A stretch of DNA of 64,000 nt from Eledone cirrhosa (Eukaryota), in assembly GCA_964016885.1 (NCBI GenBank), contig OZ024747.1:71734001-71798000 (forward strand), read 5' to 3'. A program made the position numbers and the translations under genes. Shown piece after piece: positions 24,175-39,100 of the stretch. Under the pieces are notes generated by a model. That model made no database searches. It saw nothing but the letters and a program-made list of their open reading frames with translations, and was not told the origin of the DNA. The first letter of the stretch is position 1. Every line of letters starts with the position of its first letter.

Positions 24175-24372
24175 GTTTATCCCAGGTTGAATCGGAGGTA
24201 ACCACAGTAAGTAAGGTACTCAATACATAGCAGAGTATAAATATTTAATATAGAAACGGCTTCTACAGGACTAGAACTCTTTCATTCAGAAGAAATACGC
24301 TTTCCTGATGATTTCTTTCAAATGAAGCAGTTCTAGTCCTGTAGAAGCCATTTTTATCATATATTAAATATA
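24175..24372. mobile_element. Foldback element with a degenerate hammerhead motif (24299-24348)
   Basis: Arms at about 24241-24296 and 24311-24372; CTGATGA at 24305 with GAAAC mutated to GAAGC. 24175-24296 is homologous to the reverse complement of 58907-59030. Confidence 0.65.
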
Positions 24373-25044
24373 TATATATATATATATCTATATATATCTT
24401 TCCCTCTTTTTCTTTCTCCTTCTTTTCTCTCTATTTCTATAATTGTTTCTCCATTTCACCTTGATTCTTACAACAGGCTCAACCACAAACCTATCAGAGA
24501 GCGGCTGATACTTTGACAGTTTTCCCTCTTTGGCCAGGTGGGCAGCGTAGCCTGGGCTGGTAGCCAAAGGCAGCCAGTTACTGCTAGGTATCTATACTGA
24601 GAACAGTCAGCCCTGGGAACAATAGTTGAGACACAATTTAACCCTCTCACTGTAACTGCCATAACAACTTTCACAGTTAATTGTAGTTGTTATCTCTACT
24701 GCCTCACTCACTAATACAATTATATATATTGTTACTGTTGTTATTGTTGTTGTCATTGCAGTTGCATGACGTAGTTATTGATGGCATTCTATGCTCATGC
24801 AGCTGTTTCTCTTGTCATTTTTTTTTTTTTTTTTTTTTTTATAATTTCCAATGGAAGCACAATACCACAATCTTTGGTGGGTTGTCCATTAAATTGATCT
24901 TAGTACTTGATTGGTTTGGTCCTTTATTTTATCAACCCTGGAATGATGAAAGGTAAAATGATGGGATTTTAATTAAGAACTTAATGAGCAAAAACAAATA
25001 CTGCAAGGCATATTGTCCAATGCTCTAACAATATTGGTGACAGT

Positions 25045-25182
25045 GAAGGTGGTGGTGGTGGTGGTGGTGGTGGTAGTGGTGGTGGTGGTGGTAGCAACAG
25101 CAGCAGCAGTAGTAGTAGTAGTAGTAGTGGTGGTGGTGGTAGCAGCAGCAGCAGTAGTAGTAGTAGAGTAGTAGTAGTAGTA
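25045..25182. repeat. (GGT)n/(GTA)n/(GCA)n trinucleotide tract
   Basis: Simple repeats. Confidence 0.9.
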
Positions 25183-25403
25183 GGTTTTTGTTAATTCTGC
25201 GGCTATTGCCAGTTTTATTGTGTAATTGCAGCTGTTACTATGGCATCTGTTTCTACTGCAGTGTATACAGGGCAGAGTAGTTAACACTCTTACAATTGCC
25301 TCCACACAACTCTTTCTATATTCCTAGACAACAACAACAACAACTATCATAATTATCACTATTTAAGATATAAGTAAAGAATTAAAAAGAAATAATAATA
25401 ATA

Positions 25404-25832
25404 ATGGTTTCTGATTTAGGCACAAGGCCAGCAATTTGAGGGGAAAATCGATTAAATCGAACCCAGAGCATTACTGGTACTTTATTTTATCGACCTTGTA
25501 AGGATGAAAGGCAAAGCTAACCTCGGCGGGATTTGAACTCAGGGCGTAAAGGGCCGTAAATCTGTGCTGTGAAGCATGTTGTCCGACGCTCTACCGATTC
25601 CCCCGCCCTTAAAAGAAATGATAATAATAATGATTTCTACTATAGGCACAAGGCCAGCAATTTTGGGGAGGGAAAAGTCGATTAAATCGACCCCAGTGCA
25701 TTACTGGTGCTTTATTTTATCAACCCCATAAGGCTAACCTTGGTGGGATTTGAACTCAGAGTGTAACAGGCCATAACTCTATGCCACAAATCATTTTGAC
25801 CAATGCTCTACTGACACTGCCTATCCACGGCC
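25404..25832 (-). mobile_element. Two tandem tRNA-derived SINEs (family A), separated by (AAT)n
   Basis: Each has a B box gagttcaaatccc on minus and an A-box-like head (gaatcggtagagcg in the first), plus the core gcctttcatccttac..ggtcgataaaataaagtacc, partly deleted in the second copy. Confidence 0.85.
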
Positions 25833-26104
25833 CTTATCTATCATTTAATTATGAGATTTACTTTAGATAACAATCTTCAGGTGTCTTATTATATGATTCA
25901 TTATACAATGTTTTAATATTCATGGTATTCCACACCTTTACTCTAAATGAATCAACACTGCTGGTCTAGTCATGACCATCCTATCTTTTAGCTTCTTTTT
26001 ACAGTGATAGACATAGTATCATTTTTCCTCATTAAAAACAGTCAAGTATCACTGAAATCCCACTCTACAATTGTTAAAATGGAAGGTCATGTTAGAGAAT
26101 GTAG

Positions 26105-26400
26105 TCTTCTTCTTCGCTCACTTATTCCTGAGAGGGGGTCCTGTCAGAAGCAACTGTCTCCAACTGATCCGGCTGGATTCCCAAGTATGACCAGCCAAGC
26201 TCATGGATGTTATCCAACCATCTTGCTCGAGGTCTACCCCCGGGTCTCTTGCCAGCAGGTTTTGCCCGTAAAATCTGTCCATCGATTCTTTCCCCGAGAC
26301 ATTCTAACCACATGCTCATAGTTTCAAATCGGAGAAGTAGTGGCTCTACCTGGTGTGACTCTTTGATCTCCGAGTTACACATTTTATCGAGTAATGTTAT
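26105..26400 (-). mobile_element. RTE-like LINE 3' fragment (third family)
   Basis: QVEPLLLRFE...ILRAKPAGKRPGGRPRARWLDNI with a gaagaaga tail. Confidence 0.75.
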
Positions 26401-27129
26401 GTAGTTTTTGACTTAAAAAGAAGATGAAGTAGATGTGTCTAGAATGTTCTTCTTGACTGGGGCTGACCCAGGGCTAAACAACAATAACATTTCACCACAC
26501 AGTACTATGCAAATATGAGTCAAAGATAGAGTCTCTATATTGCTACTTGACCTTCTATAAATAACAGTTAAATCTCCTTCAAATCTATAATGTTAGTGAA
26601 ATTACTCTATCTTCTTTTGTGGATATATTTGCTATATTTTCTTCTAATCTTTACAACATTCATGCACAAGGAAACATTGTATTTCCATTGGTGTGCTGCA
26701 GAAAACTCACCTTCCCATGGGCACAGGATGAAACAATCTTGTAGAGGGTACATATCTACACCAATCTCCCCCCTCCCCCCATTGATCTTAATTTAATGTT
26801 CAATCACATCTCATCACCAACTAAATATCCTACTCTAGACTCTAACCATCCCCACTTACCTTTTCCATGTCCAACTGCCTGCATACTACTTCTCTCTCTT
26901 TCCAACTCCCACATCTCTCATACATCTCTCCTGTCAAACCCATGCATACATGTATGGAAAGCTGGACATGCTGCAAACTTGCTCTCTGCTACAATAAATG
27001 CACCAAGTCCTCCTGATCCCCACCTCCCACACTCCTGATCCCTACCACCCACACTCCTCTTCAATCTATGTATACAAGCATGGAAAACTGGACATTCTCC
27101 ACACCTGCTCCTCACAGTGTTGCAGCCTC

Positions 27130-30100
27130 AACAAAAGCACCTAGTTCACCCTGTAAGGAGGTTGTGCTGATGCCACAACAAAAGTACTCAGTTCACCCAG
27201 TAGGTAGTCGTGCTGGTAACACAATGAAAAAGCACCCAGTTTACCCTGTAATATAGTCGTTTGGTGCCACAATGAAAAGCACCCAGTTTACCCTGTCATA
27301 TAGTCGTTTGGTGCCACAATAAAAAGCACCCAGTTTACCCTGTCATATGGTCGTTTGGTGCCACAATAAAAAGCACCCAGTTTACCCTGTCATATAGTCG
27401 TTTGGTGCCACAATAAAAAGCACCCAGTTTACCCGGTCATGTGGTCGTTTGGTGCCACAATAAAAAGCACCCAGTTTACCCTGTCATATAGTCGTTTGGT
27501 GCCACAATAAAAAGCACCCAGTTTACCCTGTCATATGGTCGTTTGGTGCCACAATAAAAAGCACCCAGTTTACCCTGTCATATGGTCGTTTGGTGCCTCA
27601 ATAAAAAGCACCCAGTTTACCCTGCCATATAGTCGTTTGGTGCCACAATAAAAAGCACCCAGTTTACCCTGTCATATGGTCGTTTGGTGCCACAAAAAAT
27701 AGCACCCAGTTTACCCTGTCATATGGTCGTTTGGTGCCACAATAAAAAGCACCCAGTTTACCCTGTCATATAGTCGTTTGGTGCCACAATAAAAAGCACC
27801 CAGTTTACCCTGTCATATAGTCGTTTGGTGCCACAATAAAAAGCACCCAGTTTACCCTGTCATATAGTCGTTTGGTGTCACAATAAAAAGCACCCAGTTT
27901 ACCCTGTCATATAGTCGTTTGGTGTCACAATAAAAAGCACCCAGTTTATCCTGTCATATAGTCGTTTGGTGCCACAATAAAAAGCACCCAGTTTACCCTG
28001 TCATATGGTCGTTTGGTGCCACAATAAAAAGCACCCAGTTTACCCTGTCATATAGTCGTTTGGTGCCACAATAAAAAGCACCCAGTTTACCCTGTCATAT
28101 GGTCGTTTGGTGCCACAATAAAAAGCACCCAGTTTACCCTGTCATATGGTCGTTTGGTGTCACAATAAAAAGCACCCAGTTTACCCTGTCATATGGTCGT
28201 TTGGTGCCACCATAAAAAGCACCCAGTTTACCCTGTCATATAGTCGTTTGGCGCCACAATAAAAAGCACCCAGTTTACCCTGTCATATAGTCGTTTGGTG
28301 TCACAATAAAAAGCACACAGTGTACCCTGTCATATGGTCGTTTGGTGCCACAATAAAAAGTACCCAGTTTACCCTGTCATATGGTCGTTAGGTGCCACAA
28401 TAAAAAGCACCCAGATTACCTTGTCATATAGTCGTTTGGTGCCACAATAAAAAGTACCCAGTTTACCCTGTCATATAGTCGTTTGGTGCCACAATAAAAA
28501 GCACCCAGTTTACCCTGTCATATGGTCGTTTGGTGCCACAATAAAAAGCACCCAGTTTACCCTGTCATATGGTCGTTTGGTTCCACAATAAAAAGCACCC
28601 AGTTTACCTTGTCATATAGTCGTTTGGTGCCACAATAAATAGTACCCAGTTTACCCTGTCATATAGTCGTTTGGTGCCACAATAAAAAGCACCCAGTTTA
28701 CCCTGTCATATAGTCGTTTGGTGCCACAATAAAAAGCACCCAGTTTACCCTGTCATATGGTCGTTTGGTGCCACAATAAAAAGCAACCTGTTTACACTGT
28801 CATATGGTCGTTTGCTGCCACAATAAAGAGCACCCAGTTTACCCTGTCATATGGTCGTTTGGTGCCACAATAAAAAGCACCCAGTTTACCCTGTCATATA
28901 GTCGTTTGGTGCCACAATAAAAAGCACCCAGTTCACCCTGTCATATGGTCGTTTGGTGCCACAATAAAGAGCACCCAGTTTACCCTGTCATATGGTCGTT
29001 TGGTGCCACAATAAAAAGCACCCAGTTTACCCTGTCATATAGTCGTTTGGTGCCACAATAAAAAGCACCCAGTTCACCCTGTCATATGGTCGTTTGGTGC
29101 CACAATAAAAAGCACCCAGTTTACCCTGTCATATGGTCGTTTGGCGCCACAATAAAAAGCACCCAGTTTACCCTGTCATATAGTCGTTTGGTCCCACAAT
29201 AAAAAGCACCCTGTCATATAGTCGTTTGGTTCCACAATAAAAAGCACCCAGTTTACCCTGTCATATAGTCGTTTGGTGCCAAAATAAAAAGCACCCAGTT
29301 TACCCTGTCATATGGTCGTTTGGTGCCACAATAAAAAGCACCCTGTTTACCCTGACATATGGTCGTTTGGTGTCACAATAAAAAGCACCCAGTTTACCCT
29401 GTCATATGGTCGTTTGGTGCCACAATAAAAAGTACCCAGTTTACCCTGACATATGGTCGTTTGGTGCCACAATAAAAAGCACCCAGTTTACCCTGTCATA
29501 TGGTCGTTTGGTGCCACAATAAATAGCACCCAGTTTACCCTGTCATATGGTCGTTTGGTGCCACAATAAAAAGCACCCAGTTTACCCTGTCATATGGTCG
29601 TTTGGTGCCACAATAAAAAGTACCCTGTCATATAGTCGTTTGGTGCTACAATAAAAAGCACCCAGTTTACCCTGTCATATAGTCGTTTGGTGCCACAATA
29701 GAAAGCACCCAGTTTACCCTGTCATATAGTCGTTTGGTTCCACAATAAAAAGCACCTAGTTTACCCTGTCATATGGTCGTTTGGTCCCACAATAAAAAAA
29801 AAATCCTGTTTACACTGTCATATGGTCGTTTGGTTCCACAATAAAAAGCACCCAGTTTACCCTGTCATATGGTCGTTTGGTGCCACGATAAAAAGCACCC
29901 AGTTTACCCTGTCATATAGTCGTTTGGTGCCACAATAAAAAGCACCCAGTTTACCCTGTCATATGGTCGTTTGGTTCCACAATAAAAAGCACCCAGTTTA
30001 CCCTGTCATATGGTCGTTTGGTACCACAATAAAAAGCACCCAGTTTACCCTGTCATATAGTCGTTTGGTGCTACAATAAAAAGCACCCAGTTTACCCTGT

Positions 30101-33100
30101 CATATAGTCGTTTGGTGCTACAATAAAAAGCACCCAGTTTACCCTGTCATATAGTCGTTTGGTGCTACAATAAAAAGCACCCAGTTTACCCTGTCATATA
30201 GTCGTTTGGTGCTACAATAAAAAGCACCCAGTTTACCCTGTCATATGGTCGTTTGGTGCTACAATAAAAAGCACCCAGTTTACCCTGTCATATAGTCGTT
30301 TGGTGCTACAATAAAAAGTACCCAGTTTACCCTGTCATATGGTCGTTTGGTGCCACAATAAAAAGTACCCAATTTACCCTGTCATATAGTCGTTTGGTGC
30401 TACAATAAAAAGTAGCCAGTTTACCCTGTCATATAGTCGTTTGGTGCCACAATAAAAAGCACCCAGTTTACCCTGTCATATAGTCGTTTGGTGCTACAAT
30501 AAAAAGCACCTAGTTTACCCTGTCATATGGTCGTTTGGTGTCACAATAAAAAGCACCCTGTTTACACTGTCATATGGTCGTTTGGTGCCACAATAAAAAG
30601 CACCCAGTTTACCCTGTCATATGGTCGTTTGGTTCCACAATAAAAAGCACCCAGTTTACCCTGTCATATAGTCGTTTGGTGCCACAATAAAAAGCACCCA
30701 GTTTACCCTGTCATATGGTCGTTTGGTCCCACAATAAAAAGCACCCAGTTTACCCTGTCATATGGTCGTTTAGTGCTACAATAAAAAGCACCCAGTTTAC
30801 CCTGTCATATAGTCGTTTGGTGTCACAATAAAAAGCACCCAGTTTACCCTGTCATATGGTCGTTTGGTGCCACAATAAAAAGCACCCAGTTTACCCTGCC
30901 ATATGGTCGTTTGGTGCCACAATAAAAAGCACCCAGTTTACCCTGTCATATGGTCGTTTGGTGCCACAATAAAAAGCACCCAGTTTACCCTGTCATATAG
31001 TCGTTTGGTGCCACAATAAAAAGCACCCAGTTTACCCTGTCATATAGTCGTTTGGTCCCACAATAAAAAGCACCCAGTTTACCCTGTCATATGGTCGTTT
31101 GGTGCTACAATAAAAAGTACCCAGTTTACCCTGTCATATGGTCGTTTGGTGCCACAATAAAAAGCACCCAGTTTACCCTGTCATATGGTCGTTTTGTGCC
31201 ACAATAAAAAGCACCCAGTTTACCCTGTCATATAGTCGTTTGGTGGCACAATAAAAAGCACCCAGTTTACCCTGTCATATAGTCGTTTGGTGTCACAATA
31301 AAAAGCACCCAGTTTACCCTGTCATATGGTCGTTTGGTGCCACAATAAAAAGCATCCAGTTTACACTGTCATATAGTCGTTTGGTGCTACAATAAAAAGC
31401 ACCCAGTTTACCCTGTCATATAGTCGTTTGGTGCTACAATAAAAAGCACCCAGTTTACCCTGTCATATAGTTGTTTGGTGCTACCTTAAAAAGCACCCAG
31501 ATTACCCTGTCATATAGTTGTTTGGTGCTACCTTAAAAAGCACCCAGATTACCCTGTCATATAGTCGTTTGGCGCCACAATAAAAAGCACCCAGTTTACC
31601 CTGTCATATAGTCGTTTGGTGTCACAATAAAAAGCACACAGTGTACCCTGTCATATGGTCGTTAGGTGCCACAATAAAAAGCACCCAGATTACCTTGTCA
31701 TATAGTCGTTTGGTGCCACAATAAAAAGTACCCAGTTTACCCTGTCATATAGTCGTTTGGTGCCACAATAAAAAGCACCCAGTTTACCCTGTCATATGGT
31801 CGTTTGGTGCCACAATAAAAAGCACCCAGTTTACCCTGTCATATGGTCGTTTGGTGCCACAACAAAAAGCAACCTGTTTACACTGTCATATGGTCGTTTG
31901 CTGCCACAATAAAAAGCATCCAGTTTACCCTGTCATAGGGTCGTTTGGTGCCACAATAAAAAGCACCCAGTTTACCCTGTCATATAGTCGTTTGGTCCCA
32001 CAATAAAAAGCACCCTGTCATATAGTCGTTTGTTGACACAATAAAAAGCACCCAGTTTACCCTGTCATATAGTCGTTTGGTGTCACAATAAAAAGCACCC
32101 AGTTTACCCTGTCATATAGTCGTTTGGTGCCACAATAAAAAGCACCCAGTTTACCCTGTCATATAGTCGTTTGGTCCCACAATAAAAAGCACCCTGTCAT
32201 ATAGTCGTTTGTTGACACAATAAAAAGCACCCAGTTTACCCTGTCATATAGTCGTTTGGTGTCACAATAAAAAGCACCCAGTTTACCCTGTCATATAGTC
32301 GTTTGGTGCCACAATAAAAAGCACCCAGTTTACCCTGTCATATAGTCGTTTGGTTCCACAATAAAAAGCACCCAGTTTACCCTGTCATATAGTCGTTTGG
32401 TGCCACAATAAAAAGCACCCAGTTTACCCTGTCATATGGTCGTTTGGTGCCACAATAAAAAGCACCCAGTTTACCCTGTCATATGGTCGTTTGGTGCTAC
32501 AATAAAAAGCACCCAGTTTACCCTGTCATATAGTCGTTTGGTGTCACAATAAAAAGCACCCAGTTTACCCTGTCATATGGTCGTTTGGTGCCACAATAAA
32601 AAGCACCCAGTTTACCCTGTCATATGGTCGTTTGGTGCCACAATAAAAAGCACCCAGTTTACCCTGTCATATGGTCGTTTGGTGCCACAATAAAAAGCAC
32701 CCAGTTTACCCTGTCATATAGTCGTTTGGTCCCACAATAAAAAGCACCCAGTTTACCCTGTCATATGGTCGTTTGGTGCTACAATAAAAAGTACCCAGTT
32801 TACCCTGTCATATGGTCGTTTGGTGCCACAATAAAAAGCACCCAGTTTACCCTGTCATATGGTCGTTTGGTGCCACAACAAAAAGCAACCTGTTTACACT
32901 GTCATATGGTCGTTTGCTGCCACAATAAAAAGCATCCAGTTTACCCTGTCATAGGGTCGTTTGGTGCCACAATAAAAAGCACCCAGTTTACCCTGTCATT
33001 GGTCGTTTGGTGCCACAATAAAAAGCACCCAGTTTACCCTGTCATATGGTCGTTTGGTTCCACAATAAAAAGCACCCAGTTTACCCTGTCATATAGTCGT

Positions 33101-36100
33101 TTGGTCCCACAATAAAAAGCACCCTGTCATATAGTCGTTTGTTGACACAATAAAAAGCACCCAGTTTACCCTGTCATATAGTCGTTTGGTGTCACAATAA
33201 AAAGCACCCAGTGTACCCTGTCATATGGTCGTTTGGTGCCACAATAAAAAGCACCCAGTTTACCCTGTCATATGGTCGTTTGGTGCCACAATAAAAAGCA
33301 CCCAGTTTACCCTGTCATATGGTCGTTTGGTTCCACAATAAAAAGCACCCAGTTTACCTTGTCATATAGTCGTTTGGTGCCACAATAAAAAGTACCCAGT
33401 TTACCCTGTCATATAGTCGTTTGGTGCCACAATAAAAAGCACCCAGTTTACCCTGTCATATAGTCGTTTGGTGCCACAATAAAAAGCACCCGGTTTACCC
33501 TGTCATATGGTCGTTTGGTGCCACAATAAAAAGCAACCTGTTTACACTGTCATATGGTCGTTTGCTGCCACAATAAAGAGCACCCAGTTTACCCTGTCAT
33601 ATGGTCGTTTGGTGCCACAATAAAAAGCACCCAGTTTACCCTGTCATATAGTCGTTTGGTGCCACAATAAAAAGCACCCAGTTTACCCTGTCATATGGTC
33701 GTTTGGTGCCACAATAAAAAGCACCCAGTTTACCCTGTCATATAGTCGTTTGGTCCCACAATAAAAAGCACCCTGTCATATAGTCGTTTGGTTCCACAAT
33801 AAAAAGCACCCAGTTTACCCTGTCATATAGTCGTTTGGTGCCAAAATAAAAAGCACCCAGTTTACCCTGTCATATGGTCGTTTGGTGCCACAATAAAAAG
33901 CACCCAGATTACCCTGACATATGGTCGTTTGGTGCCACAATAAAAAGCACCCAGTTTACCCTGTCATATGGTCGTTTGGTGCCACAATAAAAAGTACCCA
34001 GTTTACCCTGACATATGGTCGTTTGGTGCCACAATAAAAAGCACCCAGTTTACCCTGTCATATAGTCGTTTGGTTCCACAATAAAAAGCACCCACTTTAC
34101 CCTGTCATATGGTCGTTTGGTGCCACAATAAATAGCACCCAGTTTACCCTGTCATATGGTCGTTTGGTGCCACAATAAAAAGCACCCAGTTTACCCTGTC
34201 ATATGGTCGTTTGGTGCCACAATAAAAAGTACCCTGTCATATAGTCGTTTGGTGCTACAATAAAAAGCACCCAGTTTACCCTGTCATATAGTCGTTTGGT
34301 GCCACAATAAAAAGCACCCAGTTTACCCTGTCATATAGTCGTTTGGTTCCACAATAAAAAGCACCTAGTTTACCCTGTCATATGGTCGTTTGGTGCCACG
34401 ATAAAAAGCACCCAGTTTACCCTGTCATATAGTCGTTTGGTGCCACAATAAAAAGCACCCAGTTTACCCTGTCATATGGTCGTTTGGTTCCACAATAAAA
34501 AGCACCCAGTTTACCCTGTCATATGGTCGTTTGGTACCACAATAAAAAGCACCCAGTTTACCCTGTCATATAGTCGTTTGGTGCTACAATAAAAAGCACC
34601 CAGTTTACCCTGTCATATAGTCGTTTGGTGCTACAATAAAAAGCACCCAGTTTACCCTGTCATATAGTCGTTTGGTGCTACAATAAAAAGCACCCAGTTT
34701 ACCCTGTCATATAGTCGTTTGGTGCTACAATAAAAAGCACCCAGTTTACCCTGTCATATGGTCGTTTGGTGCTACAATAAAAAGCACCCAGTTTACCCTG
34801 TCATATAGTCGTTTGGTGCTACAATAAAAAGTACCCAGTTTACCCTGTCATATGGTCGTTTGGTGCCACAATAAAAAGTACCCAATTTACCCTGTCATAT
34901 AGTCGTTTGGTGCTACAATAAAAAGTAGCCAGTTTACCCAGTCATATAGTCGTTTGGTGCCACAATAAAAAGCACCCAGTTTACCCTGTCATATAGTCGT
35001 TTGGTGCTACAATAAAAAGCACCTAGTTTACCCTGTCATATGGTCGTTTGGTGTCACAATAAAAAGCACCCTGTTTACACTGTCATATGGTCGTTTGGTG
35101 CCACAATAAAAAGCACCCAGTTTACCCTGTCATATGGTCGTTTGGTTCCACAATAAAAAGCACCCAGTTTACCCTGTCATATAGTCGTTTGGTGCCACAA
35201 TAAAAAGCACCCAGTTTACCCTGTCATATGGTCGTTTGGTGCCACAATAAAAAGCACCCAGTTTACCCTGTCATATGGTCGTTTGGTGCTACAATAAAAA
35301 GCACCCAGTTTACCCTGTCATATAGTCGTTTGGTGTCACAATAAAAAGCACCCAGTTTACCCTGTCATATGGTCGTTTGCTGCCACAATAAAAAGCACCC
35401 AGTTTACCCTGTCATATGGTCGTTTGGTGCTACAATAAAAAGTACCCAGTTTACCCTGTCATATGGTCGTTTGGTGCCACAATAAAAAGCACCCAGTTTA
35501 CCCTGTCATATGGTCGTTTTGTGCCACAATAAAAAGCACCCAGTTTACCCTGTCATATAGTCGTTTGGTGGCACAATAAAAAGCACCCAGTTTACCCTGT
35601 CATATAGTCGTTTGGTGTCACAATAAAAAGCACCCAGTTTACCCTGTCATATGGTCGTTTGGTGCCACAATAAAAAGCATCCAGTTTACCCTGTCATATA
35701 GTCGTTTGGTGCTACAATAAAAAGCACCCAGTTTACCCTGTCATATAGTCGTTTGGTGCTACAATAAAAAGCACCCAGTTTACCCTGTCATATAGTTGTT
35801 TGGTGCTACCTTAAAAAGCACCCAGATTACCCTGTCATATAGTTGTTTGGTGCTACCTTAAAAAGCACCCAGATTACCCTGTCATATGGTCGTTTGGTGC
35901 TACAATATAAAGTTACTCAGTTTACCCTGTCATATGGTCGTTTGGTGCCACAATAAAAAGCATCCAGTTTATCCTGTCATATAGTCGTTTGGTGCCACAA
36001 TAAAAAGTGCCCAGTTTATCCTGTCATATAGTCGTTTGGTGCCACAATAAAAAGACCCAGCTTACCCTGTCATATAGTTGTTTGGTGCTACCTTAAAAAG

Positions 36101-39100
36101 CAACCAGATGACCCTGTCATATAGTTGTTTGGTGCCACAATAAAAAGCATCCAGTTTATCCTGTCATATAGTCGTTTGGTGCCACAATAAAAAGTGCCCA
36201 GTTTATCCTGTCATATAGTCGTTTGGTGCCACAATAAAAAGACCCAGCTTACCCTGCCATATAGTTGTTTGGTGCTACCTTAAAAAGCAACCAGATTACC
36301 CTGTCATATAGTTGTTTGGTGGCACAATAAAAAGCATCCAGTTTATCCTGTCATATAGTCGTTTGGTGCCACAATAAAAAGTGCCCAGTTTATCCTGTCA
36401 TATAGTTGTTTGGTGCCACAATAAAAAGACCCAGCTTACCCTGTCATATAGTTGTTTGGTGCTACCTTAAAAAGCAACCAGATTACCCTGTCATATAGTT
36501 GTTTGGTGCCACAATAAAAAGCATCCAGTTTATCCTGTCATATAGTCGTTTGGTGCCACAATAAAAAGTACCCAGTTTACCCTGTCATATAGTCGTTTGG
36601 TGCCACAATAAAAAGTGCCCAGTTTATCCTGTCATATAGTTGTTTGGTGCCACAATAAAAAGTACCCAGTTTACCCTGTCATATAGTCGTTTGGTGCCAC
36701 AATAAAAAGTACCCAGTTTACCCTGTCATATAGTCGTTTGGTCCCACAATAAAAAGTACCCAGTTTACCCTGTCATATAGTTGTTTGGTGCCACAATAAA
36801 AAGTGCCCAGTTTATCCTGTCATATAGTCGTTTGGTGCCACAATAAAAAGTGCCCAGTTTATCCTGTCATATAGTCGTTTGGTGCCACAATATAAAGTGC
36901 CCAGTTTATCCTGTCATATAGTCGTTTGGTGCCACAATAAAAAGTGCCCAGTTTATCCTGTCATATAGTCGTTTGGTGCCACAATAAAAAGACCCAGCTT
37001 ACCCTGTCATATAGTCGTTTGGTGCCACAATAAAAAGTGCCCAGTTTATCCTGTCATATAGTTGTTTGGTGCCACAATAAAAAGTGCCCAGTTTATCCTG
37101 TCATATAGTCGTTTGGTGCCACAATAAAAAGTGCCCAGTTTATCCTGTCATATAGTCGTTTGGTGCCACAATAAAAAGTACCCAGTTTATCCTGACATAT
37201 AGTCGTTTGGTGCCACAATAAAAAGTACCCAGTTTACCCTGTCATATAGTTGTTTGGTTCCACAATAAAAAGTACCCAGTTTACCCTGTCATATAGTCGT
37301 TTGGTGCCACAATAAAAAGTACCCAGTTTACCCTGTCAGATAGTTGTTTGGTGCCACAATAAAAAGTACCCAGTTTACCCTGTCATATAGTTGTTTGGTG
37401 CCACAATAAAAAGTACCCAGTTTATCCTGTCATATAGTCGTTTGGTGCCACAATAAAAAGTACCCAGTTTACCCTGTCATATAGTCGTTTGGTGCCACAA
37501 TAAAAAGTACCCAGTTTACCCTGTCATATATGTTGTTTGGTGCCACAATAAAAAGTACCCAGTTTATCCTGTCATATAGTCGTTTGGTGCCACAATAAAA
37601 AGTACCCAGTTTATCCTGTCATATAGTCGTTTGGTGCCACAATAAAAAGTACCCAGTTTATCCTGTCATATAGTCGTTTGGTGCCACAATAAAAAGTACC
37701 CAGTTTACCCTGTCATATAGTTGTTTGGTCCCACAATAAAAAGTACCCAGTTTATCCTGTCATATAGTCGTTTGGTGCCACAATAAAAAGTACCCAGTTT
37801 ATCCTGTCATATAGTCGTTTGGTGCCACAATAAAAAGTACCCAGTTTACCCTGTCATATAGTTGTTTGGTACCACAATAAAAAGTACCCAGTTTACCCTG
37901 TCATATAGTTGTTTGGTGCCACAATAAAAAGTGCCCAGTTTATCCTGTCATATAGTCGTTTGGTACCACAATAAAAAGTGCCCAGTTTATGCTGTCATAT
38001 AGTCGTTTGGTGCCACAATAAAAAGTGCCCAGTTTATCCTGTCATATAGTCGTTTGGTGCCACAATAAAAAGACCCAGCTTACCCTGTCATATAATCGTT
38101 TGGTGCCACAATAAAAAGTGCCCAGTTTATCCTGTCATATAGTTGTTTGGTGCCACAATAAAAAGTGCCCAGTTTATCCTGTCATATAGTTGTTTGGTGC
38201 CACAATAAAAAGTGCCCAGTTTATCCTGTCATATAGTCGTTTGGTGCCACAATAAAAAGTGCCCAGTTTATCCTGTCATATAGTCGTTTGGTGCCACAAT
38301 AAAAAGTACCCAGTTTATCCTGTCATATAGTCGTTTGGTGCCACAATAAAAAGACCCAGCTTACCCTGTCATATAGTCGTTTGGTGCCACAATAAAAAGT
38401 GCCCAGTTTATCCTGTCATATAGTTGTTTGGTCCCACAATAAAAAGTACCCAGTTTACCCTGTCATATAGTCGTTTGGTGCCACAATAAAAAGTGCCCAG
38501 TTTATCCTGTCATATAATTGTTTGGTCCCACAATAAAAAGTGCCCAGTTTATCCTGTCATATAGTCGTTTGGTGCCACAATAAAAAGTACCCAGTTTACC
38601 CTGTCATATAGTCGTTTGGTGCCACAATAAAAAGTGCCCAGTTTATCCTGTCATATAGTTGTTTGGTGCCACAATAAAAAGTGCCCAGTTTATCCTGTCA
38701 TATAGTCGTTTGGTGCCACAATAAAAAGTACCCAGTTTATCCTGTCATATGGTCGTTTGGTGCCACAATAAAAAGTACCCAGTTTATCCTGTCATATAGT
38801 TGTTTGGTCCCACAATAAAAAGTGCCCAGTTTATCCTGTCATATAGTTGTTTGGTGCCACAATAAAAAGTACCCAGTTTACCCTGTCATATAGTTGTTTG
38901 GTCCCACAATAAAAAGTACCCAGTTTACCCTGTCATATAGTTGTTTGGTGCCACAATAAAAAGTACCCAGTTTACCCTGTCATATAGTTGTTTGGTGCCA
39001 CAATAAAAAGTACCCAGTTTACCCTGTCATATAGTCGTTTGGTGCCACAATAAAAAGTACCCAGTTTATCCTGTCATATAGTCGTTTGGTGCCACAATAA